Source of the DNA: a bacterium
Lineage (GTDB): Bacteria > Patescibacteriota > Microgenomatia > UBA1400 > UBA12108
Reading direction: 5' to 3'
Length of the DNA: 64,000 bases
Assembly: GCA_043827085.1 (NCBI GenBank)
Contig: JBDRPO010000022.1
Span: 4,481 to 68,480 of the forward strand
The notes under the pieces are model-generated. The model did no database searches and had not been told where the DNA came from. It saw only the letters and a program-made list of their open reading frames with translations. Position 1 is the first letter of the stretch; each line of letters starts with the position of its first letter. This document shows, one piece after another, positions 19,357-29,500 of the stretch. The position numbers and the translations under genes were made by a program.

Positions 19357-20394
19357 ATGACTAATACAAGAAAAGCTCTGATCGTCAGCCCCTATCTCGA
19401 TCACCTCGGGGGTGGGGAGCGTTATATGCTCTCTGCAGCCAGCGCGCTTGAGTCGCTAGATTATTCGGTTTTCTTTTCTTGGGATAATCTGGCAGAAATA
19501 GCTTCTCTTGCTACCATGCTCGGCATTAAACTCAATAATCCTCAACTCGACCCTGTTATCAAAAAATTCTATTTCGGAAGTAATCCTCTTTCTATGTACC
19601 TCTCAACCAAAAATTATGACGTCGTCATCTATCTCTCGGATGGTTCTCTTCCACTCTTGGGTAGTCGGAAAAACATCATTCACATGCAAGTACCTTTCCA
19701 CCACGTGAGCGGCAGGTCATGGAAAAATCAATTCAAGAAAATGTTTGTTCATCACGTTGTCGTTAATTCTCTTTTCACCAAACGGATTATTGACCAGGAA
19801 TTTGGTTTGAGCTCAACCGTCCTCTATCCACCCGTAGATGGAATTGTAGGGACTCCGCAAAAAGATAACCTCATTCTTTCGGTCGGTCGATTCGAGCCAT
19901 CCTTAAACACCAAACATCAGGATATCTTAATTGAGGCGTTTAAGCTCCTTTCACCTAACTTGCCCGGCTGGAAACTAGTTCTCGCCGGTGGCTCGTCCAG
20001 TGACGAGTGGTTAACCAAGCTCAAAAACATGGCAGTCGACTTACCCATTGAATTCGCTCCTAATATTGCTCATGCTGACCTATCTACTCTCTATAGCAGA
20101 GCAAAAATTTACTGGCATGCTGCAGGGTTTGGAGTCGATGAGCAAAAAAATCCAGAACTCACCGAACACTTTGGCATTAGCACCGTTGAGGCTATTTCTG
20201 CGGGTTGTCTCCCTCTCGTCGTTCCCTATGGCGGCCAGCGAGAAATTGTAGTAGACACCAACCTTCATTGGACAACTATCGAAGAACTAAATACCAAAAC
20301 CCTTTGGCTATCCCAGAATCCTCAAGTACCGAGCCTCGACATTTCTCTTTACTCTCCCGCCAATTTTGCCACCGAACTAAAAAAATTACTATGA
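19357..20394 (+). CDS. Family 4 (GT-B) glycosyltransferase
   Basis: LSVGRFEPSLNTKHQDILIEAF ... FGISTVEAISAGCLPLV is the classic GT4 E-x7-E region. Confidence 0.75.
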   Translation: MTNTRKALIVSPYLDHLGGGERYMLSAASALESLDYSVFFSWDNLAEIASLATMLGIKLNNPQLDPVIKKFYFGSNPLSMYLSTKNYDVVIYLSDGSLPLLGSRKNIIHMQVPFHHVSGRSWKNQFKKMFVHHVVVNSLFTKRIIDQEFGLSSTVLYPPVDGIVGTPQKDNLILSVGRFEPSLNTKHQDILIEAFKLLSPNLPGWKLVLAGGSSSDEWLTKLKNMAVDLPIEFAPNIAHADLSTLYSRAKIYWHAAGFGVDEQKNPELTEHFGISTVEAISAGCLPLVVPYGGQREIVVDTNLHWTTIEELNTKTLWLSQNPQVPSLDISLYSPANFATELKKLL

Positions 20395-21653
20395 AATTAA
20401 AACAAATTTTCACTTCCAAAATATTTATGCTGGGGCTTCTTATTCGTCTCCTCGTCATGCCTTTTACCGGCCACTATGATCTCCGCGGGATTAATTTCGC
20501 GCTCTATAACCTTCCCTTTAAAGGGATCAGCAATGTCTACACAGTCGCAGAGAAAGGTCCCCTTGATTATCTCGTCGACGTAAACTTCGGCCGCGACTAC
20601 TTTATCTACCCACCCCTAACATATTTTACCCTCGGCTCATTTATGACGGTATTCAAGCCTTTCTATGGTCCAGAGTTCGTGAACTGGATAGAAGGGTACG
20701 GGAGCGATATTAGTAAGGTTCTAACTCACCCTCAGGTTTGGCGCTATCTATTTCTCATGAAACTACCATATTTATTTTTTGACATCCTCTTGCTCTTTGT
20801 CTTACTCAAGTTCTTCGGCAAACCCAAGGATCGTGAATGCGCGCTCAAATATTGGTGGCTCAACCCCATCGTGATCTTCCTGCCTTACCTTTGGGGACAA
20901 TTCGACATCATCCCATCAGCTGTCATGCTCGCAGGAGTCTTGTATGGCGTCAAAAACAAACCTTACCACGCCGCCATTCTTTTTGGTCTCGCCGCCTCCT
21001 TCAAAAATTATCCTCTCATTCTCTTGCCATTCTTAGCCATTATTCTAGGCAAAAATCTTTGGCAAATGCTCAAACTTTTCCTTGCTGGCCTTGCCCCCTT
21101 TGTTCTGACCACCATACCTTTTTGGGGACACGAATTTTTCCGTCGCTCAGTTTTATTCTCCTGGCAATCACAAAAAATGCTTGATTTCCAGCTAGGTCTC
21201 GGCGGTACTGATGTCATCTATCCTTTTGTGATTGGCTACGCCCTCATCCTCCTTTGGACGCTCTACCATCTGCGGGGGAAGTATGAACTCTTGTATCTCC
21301 CGATGGTCATGACTCTCACTTGGTACTACGCCACCACCAACTTCCACCAACAGTGGTTCATGTGGGTCTTGCCATACCTCGTGATCCTCGCCGTGCAAGA
21401 TAAGAAATTGTGCCTCATTGGCTTAGGGGTCATTGGACTTTTCTTTCTCCGTCTTATTGAGCTACAAGCCAACGTCACGAGCGAACTATTTATTTGGCTC
21501 GCCCCCGCCTTTGATGACATCCCCAAATCCCGCTATCTCATTGATATTTTATACGATATCGGCAAGTTCCGAGGGTTAGTTAACAGTCTCTTTGTTGCCT
21601 TATCCTTCTTCGTTTCCGTTTACTTAGTCACAAAATCTCAGGTCAAATCATGA
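20391..21653 (+). CDS. Polytopic membrane protein, putative GT-C/DUF2029-like mannosyltransferase candidate
   Basis: Start at the internal ATG (MKLKQIFTSKIF...), giving an ATGA overlap. More than 10 TM helices. GHYDLRGINFALYNLP loop. No soluble domain. Confidence 0.45.
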   Translation: MKLKQIFTSKIFMLGLLIRLLVMPFTGHYDLRGINFALYNLPFKGISNVYTVAEKGPLDYLVDVNFGRDYFIYPPLTYFTLGSFMTVFKPFYGPEFVNWIEGYGSDISKVLTHPQVWRYLFLMKLPYLFFDILLLFVLLKFFGKPKDRECALKYWWLNPIVIFLPYLWGQFDIIPSAVMLAGVLYGVKNKPYHAAILFGLAASFKNYPLILLPFLAIILGKNLWQMLKLFLAGLAPFVLTTIPFWGHEFFRRSVLFSWQSQKMLDFQLGLGGTDVIYPFVIGYALILLWTLYHLRGKYELLYLPMVMTLTWYYATTNFHQQWFMWVLPYLVILAVQDKKLCLIGLGVIGLFFLRLIELQANVTSELFIWLAPAFDDIPKSRYLIDILYDIGKFRGLVNSLFVALSFFVSVYLVTKSQVKS

Positions 21654-22213
21654 AAAAAATAGCTCTTGTCCTTGTCAGCGCTTTTTTCCTCTCCGGTTGT
21701 AGTCGCCTAGATGCCCATCAGCCCCTTACTACCTCCGTTATCCCGCTCTCGGGCGGAGAGTCTGTTTCACAAACTTTTCTCTCGACCCACGACAACCTAG
21801 GCATTGTTAGTATCTGTCTTCGCAACTTCGAGCGCGCTCAAATCCCCCTCCACTTTTCCTTGTCCGAGAATAGCAGTGTTATCAGGTCACTAGATTTTAG
21901 TAGTGCCAACATCGACAATACTGACTGTACAAGGCTTTCATTTGAAGCGGTAGCCGATTCTGGTGGCCACACCTATGTGGCATCTGTGAGTGCGGGTCCT
22001 CCCGTGAAGGGGAGTCTGAACCCCGCCAAGCTTAGCGTTGAGACAAGTGGTGCAGGTCTCCACTTCAAAACCTTTTATCGTCAGGAACTAGGCTCTGTCA
22101 TCAGGGAATCATTCGCTCAGTTTATAGCTCGCCTCACGCTCGACATAGCTTTCCTCCTCCCATATTTAGCTACCTTGCTTGTATTATTGTTCTTAATCAT
22201 TAAGAAAAAATAA
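21650..22213 (+). CDS. Putative lipoprotein with C-terminal membrane anchor, unknown function
   Basis: Signal peptide MKKIALVLVSAFFLSGC (lipobox LSGC), a Ser/Thr-rich soluble region, and a C-terminal TM helix LLPYLATLLVLLFLII. Confidence 0.45.
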   Translation: MKKIALVLVSAFFLSGCSRLDAHQPLTTSVIPLSGGESVSQTFLSTHDNLGIVSICLRNFERAQIPLHFSLSENSSVIRSLDFSSANIDNTDCTRLSFEAVADSGGHTYVASVSAGPPVKGSLNPAKLSVETSGAGLHFKTFYRQELGSVIRESFAQFIARLTLDIAFLLPYLATLLVLLFLIIKKK

Positions 22214-22221
22214 TCGCCTTT

Positions 22222-23811
22222 ATGTTTAAAAAACTTTTCATTCTTATTACCATTGGTCTCTCGATCTTTCTCACTACTCGCGCCTTATTCCACGAGGGAT
22301 TCTTCCGCACGATCGACGACGTCACTCCGGTGCGCCTCAGCTATATGGCCAAAGAGCTCGCGTCAATCTCTTGGTTAGAGAATTTCCCCGTTCGCTTTTC
22401 CGCAGATTTGTCTCACGGTTATGGTTATCCTCTTTATCTATTCTACGGTCCCTTGGTCTACTACATTGGTGGTTTACTCATGCTCCTTGCTCATTTGAGT
22501 GACATTGTCGCAGCCAAAGCCGTCTACGCTTTCCCGCTCATTATTGGCCCCATTCTCATGTACTGGGCTTCTCGTCAAAAACTGGGGAGGTGGGGAGCCC
22601 TTACTGCCACACTCCTTTACGCATTTTTCCCTTTTCGTGGCTTTGATGCCTACTTGCGTGGTGGAGTAGGCGAGGGATGGTCCATGGCATTCCTACCCGC
22701 TGCTATGGGTGGTCTTTTCCTTATAGAAAAAAAGAACCGCTGGGGCATACCTATAACCGCTATATTTCTCGCTCTTGCGATCATTTCCCACAACATTAGT
22801 GGTTTGTTAATCCTCGGATTATTGCTTGCCTATGGTTTATATTCCATGCCCAAGAATAAATCATTTTGGGTCTCACTCTTGTTGGGTTTAGGAATCTCAG
22901 CTTTCTTCTGGTTGCCCTCGCTATATTATATGAATATCGTCAAGGTCAATTATTCTGCCCAAAACACTGGGGAGGTATTGAATCATCTCTCTCCTCTTCG
23001 CGAACTCATTACTCCCCACAGTTATCGTCTTGATGAAAAATCGAGTCCCTATCTCTTATATTTATTGATCCTCGGTTTCTTCTTGACCTACAATAGTAAA
23101 AAGAAGAATCTTATTTGGCTAATTGCCTCACTAATCATCTTTTTCTTGCCCAGCATGGAAATGAAATGGCTATGGTCACTCACCTTGCCTCTCTCTCGCC
23201 TGACTCAATTCCCTTGGCGCATCTATATTATTGGCTGTTTTACCATTCCCTTGGCCATTGGTTATTTTATCAACAATACAAAGTCGAAATTTCTTAAACT
23301 ACTCTTTTTTGTTGTATTAATTCCACTCTATATAATGTATCTGCCGGCTTTTTCTCCTCGTGAATATTCCTACTTTTACAATTACAACGCCGAAGATACC
23401 GGTCCTTGTGCCACTTCTTGGGGAGATGAATATATCCCGATCTGGGTTAAAGAATGTATCTCTGCGCCATACGAAAAAATCATGTACACGAAACCAGAAT
23501 TAGATTTTACAATCCAAAAAACTAACAACTATTCCTATCAAACTACCCTCCAGAATGATTCCTCTGTCATGCTCTACGCCAATAAATATTACTTTCCTGG
23601 CTGGAAGGTTATGCTTGATGGACGTGAAGCCAACATCGACCACACTTTTTATAAGCATGGAATTTTCCGCACAGAGGCCCCCGCGGGAGTTCATAGTATA
23701 AGGCTTATTTATCAAAAAACCTGGATTATGTGGCTCGCGGATTTACTTACTCTTCTTAGTCTCTTAATTATTCTTAAAAAGGTCGTTTATGCCGTCAAAA
23801 AAACTAACTAA
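22222..23811 (+). CDS. Large polytopic membrane protein, paralog family B
   Basis: ALFHEGFFRTIDDVTPVRLSYMAKELASISWLENFPVRFSADLSHGYGYPLYLFYGPL aligns with the N-terminal blocks of 9722..11302 and 31909..33522. Confidence 0.55.
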   Translation: MFKKLFILITIGLSIFLTTRALFHEGFFRTIDDVTPVRLSYMAKELASISWLENFPVRFSADLSHGYGYPLYLFYGPLVYYIGGLLMLLAHLSDIVAAKAVYAFPLIIGPILMYWASRQKLGRWGALTATLLYAFFPFRGFDAYLRGGVGEGWSMAFLPAAMGGLFLIEKKNRWGIPITAIFLALAIISHNISGLLILGLLLAYGLYSMPKNKSFWVSLLLGLGISAFFWLPSLYYMNIVKVNYSAQNTGEVLNHLSPLRELITPHSYRLDEKSSPYLLYLLILGFFLTYNSKKKNLIWLIASLIIFFLPSMEMKWLWSLTLPLSRLTQFPWRIYIIGCFTIPLAIGYFINNTKSKFLKLLFFVVLIPLYIMYLPAFSPREYSYFYNYNAEDTGPCATSWGDEYIPIWVKECISAPYEKIMYTKPELDFTIQKTNNYSYQTTLQNDSSVMLYANKYYFPGWKVMLDGREANIDHTFYKHGIFRTEAPAGVHSIRLIYQKTWIMWLADLLTLLSLLIILKKVVYAVKKTN

Positions 23812-25189
23812 ACTAGCTGAGTGGTTCTTGGTGGGTATCCTGGTGATGTTTGCCCTTTTCTTCCGGATCAATCGACTTGAAGGCAGACTGACATTCGAAT
23901 GGGATCAAGAAAGAGACATACAAGCTGTCGAGAGTATGGTTACTACCGGGACTCCAGCGCTTCTTGGTCCGATTGTGCGGGGTAATGCCGGTGGCTTCTA
24001 CCTTGGTCCCCTGTACTACTATCTCATCACCCCCCTCTACTTGTCATCAGGGGGGAATCCGCTCTCGCTCGCCGTTGTCTCAATTGGTGCCGACTTACTC
24101 CTTATTCCCTTGCTCTATTTCTTCTTGCGCTCCCGCACCTCACCCTTTGCGGCCTTCGTCGTCTCCCTAATCTGGGCAGGCTCTCCGCTCATCATCCACA
24201 ACGCCTATACACCCTGGAACGTCTCGCTAATTCCGCTCTGGAGTTTGTTCTATCTTTGGACTATTGAGCGCTTGCACCTTAGCGGGAGATTACGTCACCT
24301 AGTTCTTTTAGTCTTTCTGAGTTCCGTGACGACCAGTATCCACGTCTCCCTGATCCCCATTGCCGCTCTCGTCCTTTTAATTAACTGGAGGCATTTTCTA
24401 GCTCTCCGCCCACGTGCGTACTTATATCTTATCTCTGCCAACATCCTGCCCATCTCTACTCTTATCTTCCACGATCTCACTCATCGTTTTGAAAATACGA
24501 TTCTCCTGAAGAGTTTTCTCTTTGGCGTTGGCGGGAACCCCACTTCGCTTGGTCAAATTCTCCCGCTCATTTTCGAGAAATTTGGCTACACCATCGGTCG
24601 CCTCTTTACCGGTGAACCATATACTGCGCTTGGAATCATTGTGGTGGCTGTTGTTATGCTCGTAGGGTTTATTAAGTATCGCCAAAGTACGGTCGTCAAA
24701 TATAATCTCATCACCATTATTGCCTTACTATTCTCCCTCATGGTCTACCGTAACCTTGATTTTGCCGAGTATTATTTTCTCCCCACTTTTGTGTCAATTC
24801 TGATTCTTTTGGCATATTTTTGTGCTTCCATTCCCAAGATCATTCGCCTCTTTATCCCCGTCGTATTCATTGTGTATTATTTCCAGTTAGGATTTGCGGC
24901 TCGCGCCTCTTCCATCTCTCCCTATTCCTTGACCGTTAAACGTCAGGTGTTAACCGAAGTAAAGTCACTCACTTATCCAGTTGAGATTAGAACCAATCTT
25001 CCGCGGGAAAGAAATACTGGCTTTACTTATTTGATGAAAGATATGGGGATAAATTCCGACTCTGGCTCTTCGCGTAAAGCCTACATCTACGAAGCCAAGA
25101 ATATGGAGATCATTTCTCCACCCGAGGCCAGAAGTATCATTCTCGATAAACCCATCCAAGCCTTCAAGCTGATTGTCTTTAGCAATTAA
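23789..25189 (+). CDS. GT-C membrane glycosyltransferase, paralog family A
   Basis: TFEWDQERD ... ALLGP..RGNAGGFYLGPLYYYLITP, nearly collinear with 4739..6256. Confidence 0.6.
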   Translation: MPSKKLTKLAEWFLVGILVMFALFFRINRLEGRLTFEWDQERDIQAVESMVTTGTPALLGPIVRGNAGGFYLGPLYYYLITPLYLSSGGNPLSLAVVSIGADLLLIPLLYFFLRSRTSPFAAFVVSLIWAGSPLIIHNAYTPWNVSLIPLWSLFYLWTIERLHLSGRLRHLVLLVFLSSVTTSIHVSLIPIAALVLLINWRHFLALRPRAYLYLISANILPISTLIFHDLTHRFENTILLKSFLFGVGGNPTSLGQILPLIFEKFGYTIGRLFTGEPYTALGIIVVAVVMLVGFIKYRQSTVVKYNLITIIALLFSLMVYRNLDFAEYYFLPTFVSILILLAYFCASIPKIIRLFIPVVFIVYYFQLGFAARASSISPYSLTVKRQVLTEVKSLTYPVEIRTNLPRERNTGFTYLMKDMGINSDSGSSRKAYIYEAKNMEIISPPEARSIILDKPIQAFKLIVFSN

Positions 25190-25196
25190 GTCTTTT

Positions 25197-26714
25197 CTAC
25201 CTCAGTGTCATATTCGTCGACATCAGATGGGGGTCCTCAGGTATTGCCGCCTCCTCACTCGTAAGAAGGTATTTCTCGATTAAAAATAATCCTTTATAGT
25301 CCCAAGTTCTTACCGGCTCTTTTTTAATTCGCACTTGGTCTTCTCTCCACCACCGGACGTCAAATTGAGGATGATCGATGGTATTTTTTGCAACCACCAA
25401 ATAAGTAGTGGCTGATTTTGTCACAAAATTCACCTTCTTCCTCGAGATCTGCGCAGCGTAGCGGACGCCATAGTTTGCCGAATATCCCCAGATGTCCGTG
25501 TCGAGCGTAAAAACACTAAAACTTTCGGGTGCATCGTCCACGATTATTTCTCCTAACGTCTTGTTAAACAGCCAGGAACTTTCCGCTTGTCTAGAAAAAT
25601 CGCGAGTAGAAAACGCCGCTACTTCTGCCTGACTCACATTCACAAACAATAGGGGAACTAAAATCACCACTGCCACATACCTACCCACTGACTCCAGCTG
25701 TGAAGCGAAAATAATGGCATTTATCGCTGTGAAATCAAAATAGTAACCCTTAATTGGTTCTGGGAAAAGGAACGAGAAAGCCCAAAAAACTAAATTCACC
25801 CATAAATAGAGACTGAAAAATCCCATTCTATTATTCTTAACTAATCCTCTCCCCACGCAAATCCAAAATAATAAGGACGCCATTCTCCGTATCCATATAT
25901 CACCTCGGGATAGCAAACCTATCGACATGGTCAGTTCACTCCATCTATTGAGGAAGACTTCTTTTATTGTCATATAAACAGGATTATCGGCCCGCAAATA
26001 CGTCGCGATCGCTCTGAGTTGAAGAAAGTTATGGCGCAAATCAAAAAGTATGTAGGTAGAGAGTGGTAAAAGGATCACCAGTAAAATCAGCGCGTGTGAC
26101 AGTTTCTCCTGCCGTCTAAAAATTTTGTATATCACGAGCATTATCAAACTCAAGAACATTGGTAATCCGAACATGATCTCAAATTGAATTAAAAGGCCAG
26201 CCAACACGCTGCCTACGGCCAAATCTCTAATTCTCCCTTTATTGTGGTATTGCCACATAAAATAAAAGAAGGTGGGGAACAGTAAAAATGCCCCATTAGG
26301 GTTAAATAGCTGATGACTAAAAAGTGGTATCCTCGAAGCCACAATGGCTGCACCCATCAAACCAATCATGGGGGAAAATATTTTCCTCCCCACCCAATAG
26401 ATTGAGTATAAAGACAACATTTCGAGCACCACCCACCACCAACCAACCGCGATGGGGTTGCCTTGACCTACGACAAACGCCGGTAAATTAAGGTAAAGCC
26501 AAGCTGGCCCATGGTATAAGCCAGGCAGGCCTCTGATCCCCTCCCCAATCAGAGTTATTTTTCGCTCCATAACCATTTGATCCATTAAGGCAAAATCTCT
26601 GGCGATGTCACTATGGAAAACAATGTCGCCATGAAGAGCGTACCAACCTGCCAATACTAAACAATACGCAATCACGCTCAGGAGCATTACCTTGCCCAAC
26701 TTACCAAATGACAT
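25197..26714 (-). CDS. GT-C membrane glycosyltransferase, paralog family A (inverted copy)
   Basis: VFHSDIARD ... TLIGEGIRGLPGLYHGPAWLYLNLP matches the same family-A block arrangement. Tail-to-tail with 23789..25189 (7-nt gap). Confidence 0.6.
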   Translation of the reverse strand: MSFGKLGKVMLLSVIAYCLVLAGWYALHGDIVFHSDIARDFALMDQMVMERKITLIGEGIRGLPGLYHGPAWLYLNLPAFVVGQGNPIAVGWWWVVLEMLSLYSIYWVGRKIFSPMIGLMGAAIVASRIPLFSHQLFNPNGAFLLFPTFFYFMWQYHNKGRIRDLAVGSVLAGLLIQFEIMFGLPMFLSLIMLVIYKIFRRQEKLSHALILLVILLPLSTYILFDLRHNFLQLRAIATYLRADNPVYMTIKEVFLNRWSELTMSIGLLSRGDIWIRRMASLLFWICVGRGLVKNNRMGFFSLYLWVNLVFWAFSFLFPEPIKGYYFDFTAINAIIFASQLESVGRYVAVVILVPLLFVNVSQAEVAAFSTRDFSRQAESSWLFNKTLGEIIVDDAPESFSVFTLDTDIWGYSANYGVRYAAQISRKKVNFVTKSATTYLVVAKNTIDHPQFDVRWWREDQVRIKKEPVRTWDYKGLFLIEKYLLTSEEAAIPEDPHLMSTNMTLR

Positions 26715-26741
26715 TTACCCATTATAGTATAAAATACCCTT

Positions 26742-27635
26742 ATGTCTAAACCGAAAGTCAGTGTTGTGATCCCTAGCTGGAACAGTGAAAGCCAACTCAA
26801 ACAAAATCTTCCTTATGTCTTTGCGGCCGCCAAAGTTGTAGGTGCCGAAGTAGTAATAGTTGACGGCAATAGCCAACTAGATAACACTGTCGGATACCTC
26901 AAGTCACTAGGTTCCAAAATCCGTTTTTACGAAAACAAAATAGACGGCAGTTTTTCCAACAACGTCAACACTGGCGTCAAGCTGGCCAAAGGTGAGGTCA
27001 TTATGCTCCTCAATACCGACGTCCGCCCATCCCCCGACTGTTTCAAGAACTGTCTCAAAAATTTCTCTGACCCCTCAGTTTTTGCCGTCACCTTCAATAG
27101 CGACGAAGCTTGGGCAGGGGGACGCTGGGAAAACGGCTTACTGCAACACGCCAAGGTCGAGCCGACAGGAGCCAACGCCAACAAATCCAATCCTAGCCTC
27201 TGGGCCTCAGGTGGCCAAGCCGCCTTCTCACGCGCCAAATGGCTTGAACTCGGTGGCATGGATCTGATGTACAAACCCTTCTACTGGGAAGACGTAGATT
27301 TAGGCTACCGTGCCTGGAAGAGGGGATGGCAAATCATCTGGGATCCAAAGTGCCAGTGTGTTCACGATCATCAAAAGAGCGTCATCGCCAGCAACTTTAC
27401 TCCCGAATTTGTGAGGGGGATCGCTCAGCGCAATCAATTTCTCTTCGTCTGGAAAAATATTCATGACTCAACAATGCTCCGCTCTCATTTCCTCCACATC
27501 CCTTCCTTCATCAAAAACTATCCGGCCCCATTCTTCCGCACTCTTTATTATCTCCCTCAAGCTCTGCGTGGTCGTTCCGTCGAAAAACTCGCCTCAGTTT
27601 GCACTGATAAAGAAATCCTACAAAAATGGAGTTAG
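26742..27635 (+). CDS. Family 2 glycosyltransferase
   Basis: VSVVIPSWNSESQL ... VVIVDGNSQLDNT ... LLNTDV ... WEDVDLGYRAW. Confidence 0.7.
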   Translation: MSKPKVSVVIPSWNSESQLKQNLPYVFAAAKVVGAEVVIVDGNSQLDNTVGYLKSLGSKIRFYENKIDGSFSNNVNTGVKLAKGEVIMLLNTDVRPSPDCFKNCLKNFSDPSVFAVTFNSDEAWAGGRWENGLLQHAKVEPTGANANKSNPSLWASGGQAAFSRAKWLELGGMDLMYKPFYWEDVDLGYRAWKRGWQIIWDPKCQCVHDHQKSVIASNFTPEFVRGIAQRNQFLFVWKNIHDSTMLRSHFLHIPSFIKNYPAPFFRTLYYLPQALRGRSVEKLASVCTDKEILQKWS

Positions 27636-29500
27636 CTATGAAACCAACGGTTTCGGTAATTATCGTCAACTACAATGCCGGCAAACTACTGGAGAAATCA
27701 GTTAAGTCCGTCATCAATTTCCCTGGCGTTGAAGTAGTGGTTGCTGACAATGCCAGTAAAGATGGTTCCTTCATTGAGCTCCAAAATACGCTTCATGCCC
27801 CCAATTTAATTTTGATCGACAACGGCGCCAACATTGGCTTCGGCAAAGCCGTGAATCAGGCGGTAAAGAAGAGTCATGGCGAATATGTTTATCTCTTGAA
27901 TCCCGATGCCTCGCTCTCCAAAACTGCCCTAGCCCGCATGGTGGAAACGGCCAAGAAATATGATGATCGAGCGATCATCGCCCCGCGACTAGAAAATCCT
28001 GATAAGTCTCCGCAATCTTCTTGTTACCGCCCTCAAACTGTCTGGAATGCAGTTAAAGAATACTGGTTTGGCATGAAGGGTTCATACAGCAAATATCTCC
28101 CACCCGGTAACTCCCCGCAAGTAGTCCACGCCACGGTCGCCGCCGCCTGGCTAGTACCACGTTCAGTTTGGGATGAACTTGGAGGGCTAAGCGATCGCTT
28201 TTTCCTCTATTTTGAAGACTTGGATATGTGTGATCGCGCAAGCATTGCGGGCATTCCTGTCATTTATGATCCTCAGGCTATAGTTAAACACGCTCACGGA
28301 GTCTCATCCCGTACCAACCCAATTGTAATGAAACTATTTACCCAATCAGCCCGAACTTATCATGGTATTATCAAAAAACTCATCATTGACGCTATCATTC
28401 GTCTTCGGGATTTCTTTATTCCCCCTGTTTCCACTAAAAAAATTACAGGAATAATTCTGACATATACTCTCTTTATCCTCACTGTTGCCTCTCTGGGTTA
28501 TCTTCTACTCCCCGAGCGATACTCTCCGACAGGCCTCATCTCTAATATTTATCACTCCAACTTCTTGCTTTGGTCATGGGCCAATTTTGATGGCGAACAT
28601 TATCTCAACATTGCACAAAATGGTTATCAAACTTTGCGTGGCCAATCTGAATACGCCTTTTTCCCTCTTTTCCCGCTCCTCATTAATTTAGTTAGCCGCA
28701 CAGGGCTAGATCTCTACCTCTCGGCTCATCTGGTCATTTTTGCCTCAGCCGTTGGTTTTATTATTATACTTCTCAAATGGGCCTCTAAATACACCAGTAA
28801 CCCCTTATCTCTCTTGTGGTTAGTTTTGCTTTCTCCTGGCGCGATCTTTCTCTCTGCGATCTACACCGAACCTCTTTTCCTCTTGCTCACAGTCACGACT
28901 TTTTACTTTAGTGACAAAAAGGAGTGGGGGAGGGCTGCTCTTATGGCAGCGCTTGCGACCGCCACCCGCGTGAACGGGATATTCTTGGTCCTATTTTTAT
29001 TAATAAAATCACGCTCGTATCGTGCGTTAATTGGGTTGACTGGATTGTTTGCCTACATGTATTATCTCTGGCAAAAAGCTGGTGATTCTCTAGCATTTTT
29101 TCATGCTCAAGCTGGCTGGCAAAAATCTAATCCTACCGTCCCCTGGGTTACTGGCTTAAATTATCTCCGTGCCGTCACCATTGATTTCCGCCCCGACCTC
29201 ACTCATCTTGTGGTCGCGATTGAAGTCTTAGTTACAGCCTTACTGTTATATCTTCTTCTCCGTTTTTGGCGCAGATCCAAGCTAGACGTCTCATACAAAT
29301 ATTACGCACTCGGGAATCTCGCTCTCCCCCTGGCAACCGGATCCCTGGGCTCCATGCCTCGCTTCTCACTCGCCCTCTTCCCCCTCTTCCTGATGATCCC
29401 CGCACTTCCCCGCCGTTTCAGAATTATCACTTATTCCTTCTATATTCTTACTTCCATAATCGGTATCATTCTCTTTACGCGAGGCTATTGGTATGCTTAA
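27626..29500 (+). CDS. Fusion protein: N-terminal GT2 catalytic domain plus C-terminal PIG-V-like (mannosyltransferase-type) 8-10 TM domain
   Basis: N-terminal TVSVIIVNYNAG ... VVVADNASKDGS ... YFEDLDMCDRA (GT2). The C-terminal half contains SWANFDGEHYLNIAQNGYQ ... AFFPLFPLLI, the same block as ILGNFDGANYLWISTHGY ... AFFPLYPILI of 34532..35635. Confidence 0.65.
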   Translation: MELAMKPTVSVIIVNYNAGKLLEKSVKSVINFPGVEVVVADNASKDGSFIELQNTLHAPNLILIDNGANIGFGKAVNQAVKKSHGEYVYLLNPDASLSKTALARMVETAKKYDDRAIIAPRLENPDKSPQSSCYRPQTVWNAVKEYWFGMKGSYSKYLPPGNSPQVVHATVAAAWLVPRSVWDELGGLSDRFFLYFEDLDMCDRASIAGIPVIYDPQAIVKHAHGVSSRTNPIVMKLFTQSARTYHGIIKKLIIDAIIRLRDFFIPPVSTKKITGIILTYTLFILTVASLGYLLLPERYSPTGLISNIYHSNFLLWSWANFDGEHYLNIAQNGYQTLRGQSEYAFFPLFPLLINLVSRTGLDLYLSAHLVIFASAVGFIIILLKWASKYTSNPLSLLWLVLLSPGAIFLSAIYTEPLFLLLTVTTFYFSDKKEWGRAALMAALATATRVNGIFLVLFLLIKSRSYRALIGLTGLFAYMYYLWQKAGDSLAFFHAQAGWQKSNPTVPWVTGLNYLRAVTIDFRPDLTHLVVAIEVLVTALLLYLLLRFWRRSKLDVSYKYYALGNLALPLATGSLGSMPRFSLALFPLFLMIPALPRRFRIITYSFYILTSIIGIILFTRGYWYA

